64,000 nucleotides of DNA from Cyanidioschyzon merolae (taxonomy: Eukaryota). The notes beneath the pieces are model-generated. The model had not been told where the DNA came from, made no database searches, and worked only from the letters and a program-made list of their open reading frames with translations. This document shows, piece after piece, positions 1 through 11,052 of the stretch. Within the stretch, counting starts at the first letter, position 1. Each line of letters starts with the position of its first letter. Made by a program: the position numbers and the translations under genes. The stretch is taken from the NCBI GenBank assembly GCA_000091205.1, contig AP006493.2. One strand, given 5' to 3'.

Positions 1-722
1 GCATCGCGGAAACCGAGGAAGCCATCGAGAAGCACCTGCAGTACCCGTCAAGGACCTGTACCCAGCACTGAAGCAAACCTGCACATACGCCCCAGGGCTG
101 CCCTCGGAGCGGATTCCCCCAGCCAGATAGAAGCACCAGACCGCAGTCGAGTCGCACCGGTTCCAGGGAGGTACCGAGAGTGTATGCAAAGCAGATGCGC
201 GCCTCAAGCGAACTGTAAGTCACAACCTCCGCTTGTCTATTCATTGTGTCGACAACGCAAGCAATTGGCGAAAGCGCGGATCTAGCACTGCCATCGACCT
301 CTTTCGACTGCCTACAAGTAAAGCTGGAGCGAACGAAGAGACGCATATAATGAAAACCTTATATAAATTGGAAGGAAAAAAGGAAAGCAGTCGGAAAAAG
401 GAAAAGCCTGGTGTTGATGACCCTAGGAAGCGGCCTGAACGTTGCTGTTGTTTACGCCCAACTGAGGTACATAGATCCTGCCTCCGTAAACCCGCTAGGT
501 GCGTCGCGCTATCAGGAGCTACGGCGCCGACGCGCGCACAAGTCGTCGTTGCAGCACCGGCATCTGTGCGCACCAGCGCCACTTTTTTTCCTCTCTGCTA
601 CTACGACTGCTGTTGCTGTTACTGCGTTTACTGTTGCTGCGCTACCGTTCGATACCAGCGTTCTGATCCGAAGTGCGTACACTTCGGTGTGCGGTTCGTT
701 TCATCGAGCGAGGACTTGCGGC

Positions 723-2009
723 ATGCAGACCCACGGTGTGCCATTTGCGCCAGACCCTACGCGTCAGTCTGCGAATCGACTACGGGTACCGACGGTGGCG
801 ACGAACCCCGCAGCGCAGGTGCCGCCACCGGCCCCACCGCAGGGCCCGCACCACGACACCACGGTGTACCAGGAAGCACGACCCGCTGGCGACTTGCGCG
901 TGCCGCGGGAAACCTGGAACTTGCAGGCTGGGAGCCTCGAGAACACCTTCAATGCTGGGGGCGCTTGGCAACCTCTGCAAAGTGAGGCAGTTGGTGCCCC
1001 CGGCGCGTTCTTCGAGCCGGTGTCATCGGCGGCGGCCCGTGATATTGGCTTCAGTAACGTAAGACTGCGTTCGGATAGCGCTGCTTACCAGCAACACGGG
1101 AAGAACATTTACGGACAGCAGTATTGGAACCAAATGTTTGGCAGTGGTCAAGCCCTGACTTCCATGGTGAGTCAGTTTGCTCGCGTGGCATGGATGAACA
1201 TGAGCGGCACATCGCCGCAGGCAACCCAGGGAGCCAGCGTGTCTCCGGATGCCGGCATCTGTCCACAGAGTTGGGCGTTTTACGGAATCCCAAAAGTTTA
1301 TTTTCAGGTCGATGTGGGATACGTCATGCGAAAGCTGTTGATTCTGTTTTTCCCTTTCTACCACCGGTCCTGGTCTCGAAAACGAAAACCGATCGATCCG
1401 TTTGTGAACCCGATGGACCCGGATGCAGCTATCCAGCATACGACGCAGCGCTTGCTTCCACCGAGCGAGGACCCGAATGCACCCGATCTATACATTCCAG
1501 CGATGTCGTTCGTAACCTATGTGCTGCTTGTCGGCTTGCTGCGTGGAGCGGAGGGCAAGTTTACGCCTCAAGCTATGGGCGAATGGGCATCGATGGGCCT
1601 AATTGTCATCGTTTTGGAGGTGTTGCTCATCCGTGTGGCGCTCTTCCTAGCGCAGGGTCCGTCGGTGCCATGGTTCGATCTGATCGCATATTCGGGGTAC
1701 AAGTTCGCGGGGCTCGCCTTTGCGACCGCGTCTACGCTTTTGGCTTCACGGCTCACGCATGGTCGAACTTATGTGTCATTAGCAGTGTTGCTCTATGTCT
1801 CCCTGATGATGGGTCTATTCTTACTTCGCTCATTCAGAAGACTGCTCCGTTCGGAGAATCCAAGCGGGGATATGTCAACGATGGCGGCATACGATCCGAC
1901 ATCATGGGACACTCAGCAAGCTCGACGCAACTATGTGCTGCTCTTCATCGCGCTGTTGCAAATCCCCATCTATTTGCTTCTTGGCGTGCAAACCTGGCGT
2001 CATTTATAG
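723..2009 (+). CDS. YIF1: YIF1 (Yip1-interacting factor / Hrf1 family) ER-Golgi transport membrane protein. The ORF is open from 411, but 723 is the first ATG of the 411..2009 ORF that leaves a YIF1-like Pro/Gln-rich N-terminus.
   Basis: The translation carries the YIF1 hallmarks [45 protein letters not shown] and [11 protein letters not shown]. These are collinear with human YIF1A ([54 protein letters not shown]). The gene is one uninterrupted ORF. Confidence 0.85.
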   Translation: [428 protein letters not shown]

Positions 2010-3054
2010 TTGGGGCGTTCGCGCGACAGAGCGCACAGGCCTCGTTGACGCAAGTGCACATTCGCGGTGGCGGCATCCATGAAGGCCGCCAGCGCGGCCT
2101 ACGAACTCCATGTGCTCTGCTCCAACAAGCGGTACACGTGCACCCGTCACACTGGAAATTCCGAGTCGTTACGCTCGAGAATTTCGACTTTTTGGAGCAC
2201 CATACTCGTTCATCCACTGCCACGGAACCGGTCCCAGGTGTGTAGATGCGGCGCCCCGGCCTTGCTGACTCGCTGAACCGTCCCATACCAGTGGCGTACC
2301 CCACGCGAGAATCCAAGCCTATCTCTCATGGCCACTGATATGTTTTCATCGAAAATCATCAGCGTTTCACGACGATGCCGCCGCTGAGTCCTAAAAGACT
2401 CGATCGACACTTCGCTTGACACAAAGCCGCTCACCGCTCCAAAAGCACCAACCGTTCCCAAATGTTGATCGCGGCATTCAGGGGTCGGAGCAGATGGTGC
2501 TGGCGCGCACGGTCGCTGGTGGAATCAAACCATGGCAAGTCGCTCGCCTTCGACTACCCAAGAATCTGTCCTTCGGTAACCCGTGCGGCACATAAAATCG
2601 TGCATCCATCTGTGTTTCATCCTCATCTTTTCTACATGTTTCAGCGTGAACCGGTGCTCATGGTGCGTGCGTGTTGTCCTCGACTCATCGTTGTGTATCC
2701 ACTGAATCGATTCCTGCAGTCACTCGATGCCAACGTCGAAGGATCAGTAGTACAGCGCGCCCGGCGCCATGGGCTATCACCAAAGGAAGCGACTTTTCTG
2801 TGATTTGTCTGTCTACAATGATTGAATTGATTGCCAAGTGCACGCATCGCGCCTCTATAGAGCCGAAACTGTTGGCGACCACAGCTGATGTCTTTCGCTC
2901 CTTCCAAAAATCGTCCGAATGAGCCGTTTGGGGCACTGGTGTACTCGTCGAACGAAGCGTTCACAGCATCCCGATCAGTTCAATACAATGGTCAGCATGT
3001 CGAAACGGACAAAGAAGCAGTCACTCGTCTTCTTGGTATACCTCCGGGTGTCCA

Positions 3055-3537
3055 TCAAGACTGACGTCCGGTGATGACCAACCCTGCAACGTTGAGCCGC
3101 TTCACCTGCTTTTCGTTCAGGCTTTTCGCTCCGTCCGCTGGATAGAGTCGTATGGTGACGTCCATGGCGCCTTTCCACCCGGGATCCGCGCCAGCCCCGA
3201 AGTGTTTCTCTGCATCTACTCTGAACGGCTGGAATCGAGTGTCGTCGCTCGACTGAGGCCTAGATCTCACGAAGCGCATGCCAACTGATATACTCTCTGC
3301 CTCTACCGCCACTGTGAACATCTCTCCATTTCCATGCTGCAAACGAGAAACCCTCGAGCGAGCCTCGTTAGTGCTCTTCGCGAAGCGGTTCGAATGCAGG
3401 ATGCGTAGTCGCAGAGACGAGCCGCAGCACATTGATAACGCCCTCAGTACACTATACGAGTGTCTGCCATGAAAGAATGGGTCATGGTCCGACATATACG
3501 AGCCGCGTCCTATCGAGGCTTGCGAATTCGTGAGCAC
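3055..3537 (-). CDS. Hypothetical protein, 160 aa, with no domain I recognise.
   Basis: The only support is a 160-codon open frame in GC-rich DNA. It could be spurious. Confidence 0.2.
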   Translation of the reverse strand: MLTNSQASIGRGSYMSDHDPFFHGRHSYSVLRALSMCCGSSLRLRILHSNRFAKSTNEARSRVSRLQHGNGEMFTVAVEAESISVGMRFVRSRPQSSDDTRFQPFRVDAEKHFGAGADPGWKGAMDVTIRLYPADGAKSLNEKQVKRLNVAGLVITGRQS

Positions 3538-6047
3538 AAAAATGCCCGTAAGGCACGTGCATTGCTCTGAAGGGCTCTGCTTATGAAAATCTAGCTACAC
3601 GAGATTCAAGAAAGCCGGGAATCACACTCAAAGAATCCTTTGGATACGACTTGGGTGGTCGTGGCGCTCTAAGCGACACGATGAGGCTGGGCGGTCTGCA
3701 GCGACTCCTGACCTCGCAGCAGCATCTCCTCCGAACTCGAACCAGATTCGATCGCTTCCGTCACCAGCTCGTCGTTTGCCTCTATCGAAACCGCAGGAAA
3801 TCCTTCCACCAGTCACCGTGTCTCGGGTCCAGTGTTTTGAGGGTATAACGCTCTTGGCGTGCGCCTCATAAAACGCTCCACAAGGACAGACACATGCGTT
3901 TGGTCATTGAGACTGGTTTCATTCTTAATTGCATATGGACCGCAGATTTCCTTCGATCCCGGATGGAGTGCGGCGATGCGTCAGGGTATTCGAGGAGGCG
4001 AATGTTGAAACCTCGTTTCCGATGATCAGGCTTTAGTGCTTCCTTTGCTCTCGCGTTAGGTGTCACGCGAAGGTATGATCGAGGAATACGGAAGGAACAT
4101 GGACAGCGGGCAGCCTTGCGTACATAGCTCGTACAAAGCGTTGGTTGACGAAGTGCGTCAACACAATCGAAGCTCAGCGAGCCTTCCTCGAGTAACAAGC
4201 GACGCGATCCCCAATGGCGACCTGCGTCTCACGTTTTGGAAGATTCCCCCAGTTGATGTATACTGGCAGGGACAGCCCGTTGACGGATTCAGAAGGATTT
4301 CTCAGCCTCGGCAATGCTTCCATCCTACAGGACCTGGTCCACCTGCCGGGAGGATCCTTTACTGATTCATCAGGTGGTTGCCTCTCCTCTTCGTTTACTT
4401 GCCTGGGCAGCATTCAAATGTTCGCGGCACTCTATATCAGGTTTTGCTGTGGATGCAGACACACTCCATGGAAGGTGAGGCTGAAACGCGCTCACTGTCT
4501 GTACGGATCCCCGATTCCTATAACGCAGCTGTTCGTCACTTCAAAGTCGCGTGCGTGCCGACGGACCAAAGCGCATTTCTCAGCGCTCTCGACCCGAGAC
4601 GCAGTAGTGCGGTGCAGAGCTGATGAAAGTAGAGAACGACTCGACGAGCAACTGTTTCATGGATGCGAGCGACTCGCCTAGAAATCTGTGAGCGTGAAAA
4701 TGGCGTTTGCCAATACAAAAGACGCCTTGGAATGGATGGAACTGTGGCGGATAGGCTCGAACGAAGAGCAGCTCAACGTCGCTGGAAGCCGTTTACATTT
4801 TCGCGGCTTTTGAGTGAATTTATAATAAACCAGGACAGGAGAATGCGTCAACGATCGATGAGCTGTTGAAAGACGCCGTCCGCTTGGCGAGTTGTTGGCG
4901 ACAACGTGACAGCATCGCTGCTAGAGCCATCGCTGCTAGAGCTGACGTTCACAGCATGCTCGCGTATCGCGTTTTACGATCAGTGTTTTGTCCCTCTTTG
5001 AATGCCCATAGGCAGGCCTGTCACTTCCCCTGAATCATGGTTCGTCGAATGTGACAAACCCGTGTTCATCGTGTAATTAGCGTTCAGATAAAAGCACGAA
5101 ACCCGTTTGGAGAGGTTCAGCGAGCGTCCGTCAACCATTGATGCCGGTGTTTTTCTTCATCCATCCAATGCCCTTCATCACCGTTCGTATCAACAGTACG
5201 GAAAATAAAACTTTTGTGGCTTTTTTCATTCCATTTCGTAGAGAACGTCTAGAATGGGAATGGAATGCCGAAGAAACATTTGTCCAGCTAAACTTGGCGA
5301 GGTTCTCTTTTGTTGCATGACGTTCACCATAAAATCTCCGAGGAGGGTGCTCCATCCACCTGCTGACCGCAGAATGACTGACTTGGATTATGAAGCTAGT
5401 TGTTTCATCAGGTACTGGAGGTGTTTTTACGTCTTTTCGCGAAGTTTCTTCAATCTCCCGGACACAATCCTTCAATGGAGTACTGGTGATGAAAACGTTC
5501 GCGCCGGAAAAAGTATTCCAGAATTCACTGTTATGAGTCTAGAGCCCCGGGCCTGCTATGTTGCATACGGCAAACGCTGTATCTTACGGGCGCTCGTAGT
5601 CGAGAGAACGTTCTTTGCGCTGTGGCAAACCATCGTATACGGCATCTTGTCTATGCAGTCTCTGTGGGTATATGTTCCAGACTCGAAAAGACGTGCCCGC
5701 ATAGCTTTTGCATCTATTGCTCCTTAATTCGGAGGGGGACGCTCCCACGCTGTATCCAATGCAGGTTCATTCTAGGCGTTTTATCGTGTCACGAGTCGGG
5801 GTACCAATGCAACTCCAGAGTCACGGTGTCGCGTTACACCCGGGTCATTCTTAAATCCAACAGGTCCTCTAATGATGGCGTATGCAGCTCGTTTCTGGGC
5901 CTCGCCGCATTGTCATCAACACCAGCTCCTTAGAGCTTTCCCTTAACTGCTCCCATTTTCTCTCTGTTAACTGCGGTTTTCCATCCGCCAGTCCGTCCGC
6001 CCTCTTCAGTTCCGTTACCAACAGCCGAAGAATGTTGATGGCAGCAC

Positions 6048-6684
6048 TCAAGTCCGGATTTCGCTGATTCCGGCTAGAGTCGATTCAGTGGATGCACACC
6101 GTTGCGATCTACGCTTCGCTTGCATGTTCATCTGGTTTGTACGCAGCGTCGATGAACGGCCTTCGCAGCAGCGACACTCGATTGCGGTCAGGTGTCCCCA
6201 TGAGTCCATTATATATCCTTTTCCCATGGCTGCACTGCAACGCATGAGCGCATGCTTCATAGATCGATGCATGTCCTTGACGGCTACAGAGCGCTGGTCT
6301 TGATGCGCTCCTCCGTTTCCGCGCCCTGTGCCGTACCCTACGATCACGAGCTTGCAGCGGGCAAGGCCCTGGTCGAATACTCTGTCCGCTGCAAGTGCAA
6401 GCACAATCTTCTCGATTTCGATTGAGGATTTCCGCGACGCAATCTTGCTCGTGATGAACTGAGTAGCGGAAGGAAAATCCGGGCTGAAGAACAAGTCCAG
6501 CCAATGTCGACACGTCTACATTCCCTTCGTCAGAGGCATTGACAAAGTCTCCAATGCAAGCGACCGCTCCGATGAATACAGACTGGGTCCAAGACCCTTT
6601 TGCGTGAAACAGGAGTGACGGGAACCTATGGGAGCATTCCCGAAAACAGTAACATGCTGCTGATGTCGAATGCCTTGTCATCAA
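6048..6684 (-). pseudogene. Possible disrupted gene. Two overlapping minus-strand ORFs in different frames, one with a G-x-G-x-G-N-G-G motif faintly like YjeF-N/NAXE.
   Basis: The ORFs 6109..6684 and 6048..6494 lie in different frames. The motif KLVIVGYGTGRGNGGAH is weakly reminiscent of the YjeF_N GPGNNGGDG loop. No other support. Confidence 0.15.
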
Positions 6685-7559
6685 AGGCCACCAGGAGAGG
6701 CGGATTTTTCTTCCGCACAGAGTCGATTACTTGAAGTTACAAAGTCAGTGAACTTTCCGCTTGGGCTTGCGAACAAGTCATCACAAGCCGACGTCAAGAA
6801 ATGTGACTCGTCTACCTAGCGGCACGAAATGCTCCATTCACGAGTTACGTTGAAACGGAAAGATGCAGAAAGGTAAGAACGCTCGATCTGAACACACTTC
6901 AAATAAGCAAAGAAGAAGCTTGCGAGCACTTCAGTGTTCCATTTTAAGCTGACAATACATCTAGCACCCAGAACGTCACTGAGTCCGATCTCCAACCATA
7001 AGTCGCGGTCCGAAAAGCGATGCTGAACGAGGAGCTTGTACGCTGTACGGGGATTCACGCAGCGCGAATGCTTCACGCTCGGGGTTCGGTCCCCGATCCA
7101 GTTGGTTTCAAGGCTCCATCAGCATCCCGTTTCATTCACCGTTCATCATCTAGTGTACGGACGGGCACCCGCATTGCGTCAGCTGCTCACGAGACACCAG
7201 CAACTTCACCATCGCTATCGATAGGCGCAGCGCCCCCGGTGCTGCCTCATGCATCTGAGCGCTGATCCCATCGAGCGTACGGATCCAAAGCTCATGGAAC
7301 GTCGTCACATTCGGAAAAGTGCCACGACCTCCTTCCCTGATGCCGATACCCATTGCGAACCCGACAGGCCCCATTCCATGCATCAATAGAGAAAAACGTT
7401 CTTCGATCAACGAAACATCAACAGTTTACCGTGATCCCGGATTCGAGGCACCAGCGTTGACGCGCTGGCGGGCGCAACGTCGATGCAGTCGCCGTCGCAG
7501 GTGTGCATCGTTACGAAGCGCCTCCTACGGCGACGTCCTGACTGACCCTGCGACCTCAT

Positions 7560-8348
7560 ATGATGCGTCACGTGCCGTGCTTCTTGTATTCCTTTCTAGG
7601 TAACAGCTCCACCGCGCGTCGGACTGATGTACAGCGTGCTCGGCACTTGCAGGCACAGCTGAGCACTGCTTGCTGGCGACGGGCACAGCGAACGCGCACA
7701 GCACAAGGCCTCGGTGACGGCTGCAGGGTGGCGTTCTGGCGAGGCGTCCCCAGGAGGCCAGTCGCAGAGCGATGGTGGAGTCCTCGAATGGACGTCAACT
7801 CGAATGACTTTCGCGTAGGCTTGACGATAGAAGTGGATGGTTCACCGTTTAAAGTGATCGAGCACTTGCACGTCAAGCCGGGCAAAGGGGCTGCTTTTGT
7901 GCGCACCAAACTGAAGAATCTGCTCACCGGAAATACGATGGAACGAACGTTTCGAGCTGGTGAAACAGTTCCAGAAGCACAAGTAGAAAAGTTTGAGGCC
8001 CAGTATACGTATTCAGCCGAAAATGAATACGTGTTCATGAACATGGCGACTTTCGAGGAGGAGCACGTGCCCAACGAAGTGGTCGGTGATACGGCCAAGT
8101 ATCTGCGCGTGGGGCAAGACGTCTCAGTCACGAAATGGAACGGGAAGCCCATTGAAGTCGAGGTTCCAGCGACGCTGACCTTGGAAGTTGTTGAGACGGA
8201 TCCAGGCGTGCGCGGAAATACGGCTCAAGGCGGATCCAAGCCAGCGAAACTGGAGACCGGCGTCGTCGTCCAGGTGCCGTTGTTTATCGAGGTTGGCGAG
8301 AAAATCAAAGTGGACACGAGAACTGGCTCCTATCTATCGCGGGGATAG
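7560..8348 (+). CDS. efp: Elongation factor P (bacterial/organellar type) with a ~75-aa N-terminal extension, presumably an organelle (plastid) targeting peptide.
   Basis: After the extension, the translation MDVNSNDFRVGLTIEVDGSPFKVIEHLHVKPGKGAAFVRTKLKNLLTGNTMERTFRAGE...KPAKLETGVVVQVPLFIEVGEKIKVDTRTGSYLSRG is full-length EF-P (KOW-like domain plus two OB domains). The N-terminal extension is Arg/Ser-rich. Confidence 0.9.
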   Translation: MMRHVPCFLYSFLGNSSTARRTDVQRARHLQAQLSTACWRRAQRTRTAQGLGDGCRVAFWRGVPRRPVAERWWSPRMDVNSNDFRVGLTIEVDGSPFKVIEHLHVKPGKGAAFVRTKLKNLLTGNTMERTFRAGETVPEAQVEKFEAQYTYSAENEYVFMNMATFEEEHVPNEVVGDTAKYLRVGQDVSVTKWNGKPIEVEVPATLTLEVVETDPGVRGNTAQGGSKPAKLETGVVVQVPLFIEVGEKIKVDTRTGSYLSRG

Positions 8349-8361
8349 CACACGATGCCCT

Positions 8362-8380
8362 GCAGCAGCAGCAGCAGCAG
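8362..8380. repeat. (CAG)6 microsatellite. A second (CAG)6 lies at 8537-8555.
   Basis: The run cagcagcagcagcagcag is seen directly, twice, about 170 bp apart, just downstream of the EF-P stop. Confidence 0.9.
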
Positions 8381-9513
8381 CCGTCACAGAATGACGCGTT
8401 GACGCCGGCTGCCTCGCCAGCGACAAGTGCCCGGCTGCAGATATCGGCATCGAATCGAAAGGAACTGTAGGGTTACGATTCCTCAGTGAGGCATGCTTGG
8501 GCACGGAGCTGCATCGTTGAGGCGCGCTCAACAGTATGCACTGGCAGCAGCAGCAGCAGCACGCGGAAAGGTCGTGGAACGGCGCCTCTTGGACTACATG
8601 TCGCATGCACGAGGCGGGTGCTCGGCCTACTCATGACTAGCGAGAGCGTTTGCATATATCCGTGCGGAACGCGCATCCAAAGGCCCGCGCTTGTTTCCTT
8701 TCTAACCAGGTGGCATCGGTGATGTGCACGAGTCGTTGCCCTGCTATGTGGTCAATGTTCATGCACGGCGATGCGCTCCTCACGCGCTTCATTTGCCGAA
8801 CAGATGCGTATTCTCCACTCTGCTGGGTACTTTGCCTCAGGAGGGACGCATGGGGAAAGCAAGTGATCGGTGCAGGCTGGTAGGTACCTCTTGCAGTGTG
8901 TGAATCTCCAAAAGCGATTTGTGGGGCAATGCACAGGCGGTATCGTCCACGCACACCGTATTTCGAACACATGCGGACTGGAGTTCGTCTGCGCCCCGAA
9001 TGGAACTGCTGCACCACGGAACGAGGCATGGAAAGGGCGTTGGTGCCGGCGAGCAGGGTCTCAAACAAACGAGTTTGCTCCGGTTACAACCTGTTATGGG
9101 GATGTGCGTCCTGCCGTCTCTGCAAGACGATTCGACACAAGCCATCCCATCGCTGCGCAAATACGGCTTGATGCAGTAGGGAATCATCGGCAATGTTGCG
9201 CAGCGCGCGCTCTAGGAACGTCGTTTAAACTGCTCCTGAGGGACCTGTTTCGTTTTACACACTACATGCGAGGTACGGCGCCTGGAAGGCAGCCATACCG
9301 CTGCTGTGCCTGCCGCAACGGCACGGGACGCAGGTGCTGCAGAGCCAGCAACTACATTGCCCTGCGGATTCCCGTCGACGGGTCGTGCAGCGGCGCCTGT
9401 CCCTGTCAGCAACGGCGTGCATGCTCGCGGAGCGGCTGCTCAATGCACCAGGCAAACGAAGAACAAACGGCATGCATCCGGGTAACACCAGTTCTCGTGC
9501 ATTTTGCTGCTGC

Positions 9514-11052
9514 TCAGAGAACGCGCCCTTTCATCTCCTTGGGAATCGGGAGCCCCATGACTGAGAGGATCGTCGGTGCCACGTCGGCAAGGGTACCTTT
9601 CGAGCTCTCTTCTTTGAAATGCAGCTTGCCATCTGGATCCGCGAGGATGAACGGAACAAAATTCGTCGTATGCGAGGTAATAGGCCGACCGTCCTCGGTG
9701 AGCATGCATTCCGCGTTACCGTGGTCCGCTGTCACGCAGAGTACGTAGCCGAGCTCTTGACAGCTTTTCCATATCTGACCAATAACCTTGTCACAATGGG
9801 TACATGCTTCAACAGTGGCCTCGTAGACACCGGTATGACCGACCATGTCAGGCGCAGCGAGATTGCACATGATGAAAGCATACTTGCCAGACTTCATTGC
9901 CTCTATCAGCGCCTCACCGACTTGGTACATTGACATTTTCGGTTCCAGATCGTAGGTCGGTACCTTTGGAGAGGGAATCAGCTTCCGGTCCTCGCCTTTG
10001 TATGCTTTCTCGACGCCTCCGTTGAAAAAGAATGTCACGTGGGCGTATTTTTCGGTTTCCGCCGTATGAAACTGAAAAAGATCATGATTTCCAATCCACT
10101 CGGCCAGAACATTCTTCATCTCAACTGGCGGAAACAGCACTGGAAACGGAAACCGAATATCGTACTGAGACATGCAGAAGATGCCCAGGTCTTTGGGGAC
10201 CTGAACCTTGGTTTCGTAGGGCGCAGGCTGTCCCAGGGTCTGAACGATCTCGCGCATACGATCCGACCGAAAGTCGAAGAAAAGAAGCGTATCCTTGGAT
10301 GTAATACACCCTTTTTTGCATACAATGATGGGTTTCAGGAATTCATCGGTCTCGCCACCGTCGTAGCGTTTCTGGATCGTGTCCAAGACGTCAGCGGTTT
10401 CCTCGCCATCGCCATTCACGAGCCCGCGCAAGGCCAGGTCGATCCGGTCCCAGCGCTTATCACGATCCATGGCATAGTACCGACCAGTACAGGTAGCGAG
10501 TTGCATATGTTCTCCGAGTTGCCGCATATGCTTCAGAAGCTTCTCGATAAAGCCCTTGCCGCTATGCGGATCCGTATCGCGCCCGTCCGTGAACGCGTGA
10601 ACGTAGACTTCCGGCACATTTGCATCCTTGAGAATCTCAAGCAGCTTGTGCAAATGTCGTTCATGCGAGTGCACGCCGCCATCCGATACGAGTCCCAGGA
10701 GATGCATCCGCCCATTCGACACTGTTTTCGCTCGGTCGATCGCCTCGAGCAGGGTCTCGTTTTTCGCCAGACTCCCTTCTTTCACAGCCAAATCGATGCG
10801 AACCAGATCCTGGTACTGGGGACGACCTGAGCCGATCGTGAGGTGGCCCACTTCACTGTTCCCCATGACGCCCTCGGGGAGGCCCACCGCCAGTCCAGAC
10901 GCATCCAACTCGGCAAAGTTCCGTCGTTTGCTGTAGAACTCGTCCATGACTGGCGTATCAGCAGCGAGGATCGCGTTTCCATAATCACTCTGGTTGATTC
11001 CCCAACCATCAATACAAATCAAAACCACAGGGCGCTTCACTTTCTGATTCAT
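9514..11052 (-). CDS. iPGM: 2,3-bisphosphoglycerate-independent phosphoglycerate mutase (iPGM, plant/bacterial type). The ORF is open up to 11145, but the conserved N-terminus begins at the internal Met (MNQKVKRPVVLICIDGWG) at 11052.
   Basis: Diagnostic iPGM motifs are present: PVVLICIDGWG, LVSDGGVHSH, CTGRYYAMDRDKRWDR and ADHGNAE. The ~513-aa length fits the family and the ORF is uninterrupted. Confidence 0.9.
   Translation of the reverse strand: MNQKVKRPVVLICIDGWGINQSDYGNAILAADTPVMDEFYSKRRNFAELDASGLAVGLPEGVMGNSEVGHLTIGSGRPQYQDLVRIDLAVKEGSLAKNETLLEAIDRAKTVSNGRMHLLGLVSDGGVHSHERHLHKLLEILKDANVPEVYVHAFTDGRDTDPHSGKGFIEKLLKHMRQLGEHMQLATCTGRYYAMDRDKRWDRIDLALRGLVNGDGEETADVLDTIQKRYDGGETDEFLKPIIVCKKGCITSKDTLLFFDFRSDRMREIVQTLGQPAPYETKVQVPKDLGIFCMSQYDIRFPFPVLFPPVEMKNVLAEWIGNHDLFQFHTAETEKYAHVTFFFNGGVEKAYKGEDRKLIPSPKVPTYDLEPKMSMYQVGEALIEAMKSGKYAFIMCNLAAPDMVGHTGVYEATVEACTHCDKVIGQIWKSCQELGYVLCVTADHGNAECMLTEDGRPITSHTTNFVPFILADPDGKLHFKEESSKGTLADVAPTILSVMGLPIPKEMKGRVL

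Noticed and set aside
1124-2245. A 373-codon plus-strand ORF overlapping YIF1 in another frame.
   Set aside because: It lies entirely within the confidently assigned YIF1 gene region and has no motif, so it is a GC-rich alternate-frame artefact.
8870-9748. A 292-codon plus-strand ORF overlapping the 3' end of iPGM antisense.
   Set aside because: It is Cys/Arg-rich and low-complexity, with no family. It overlaps a confident gene on the opposite strand.
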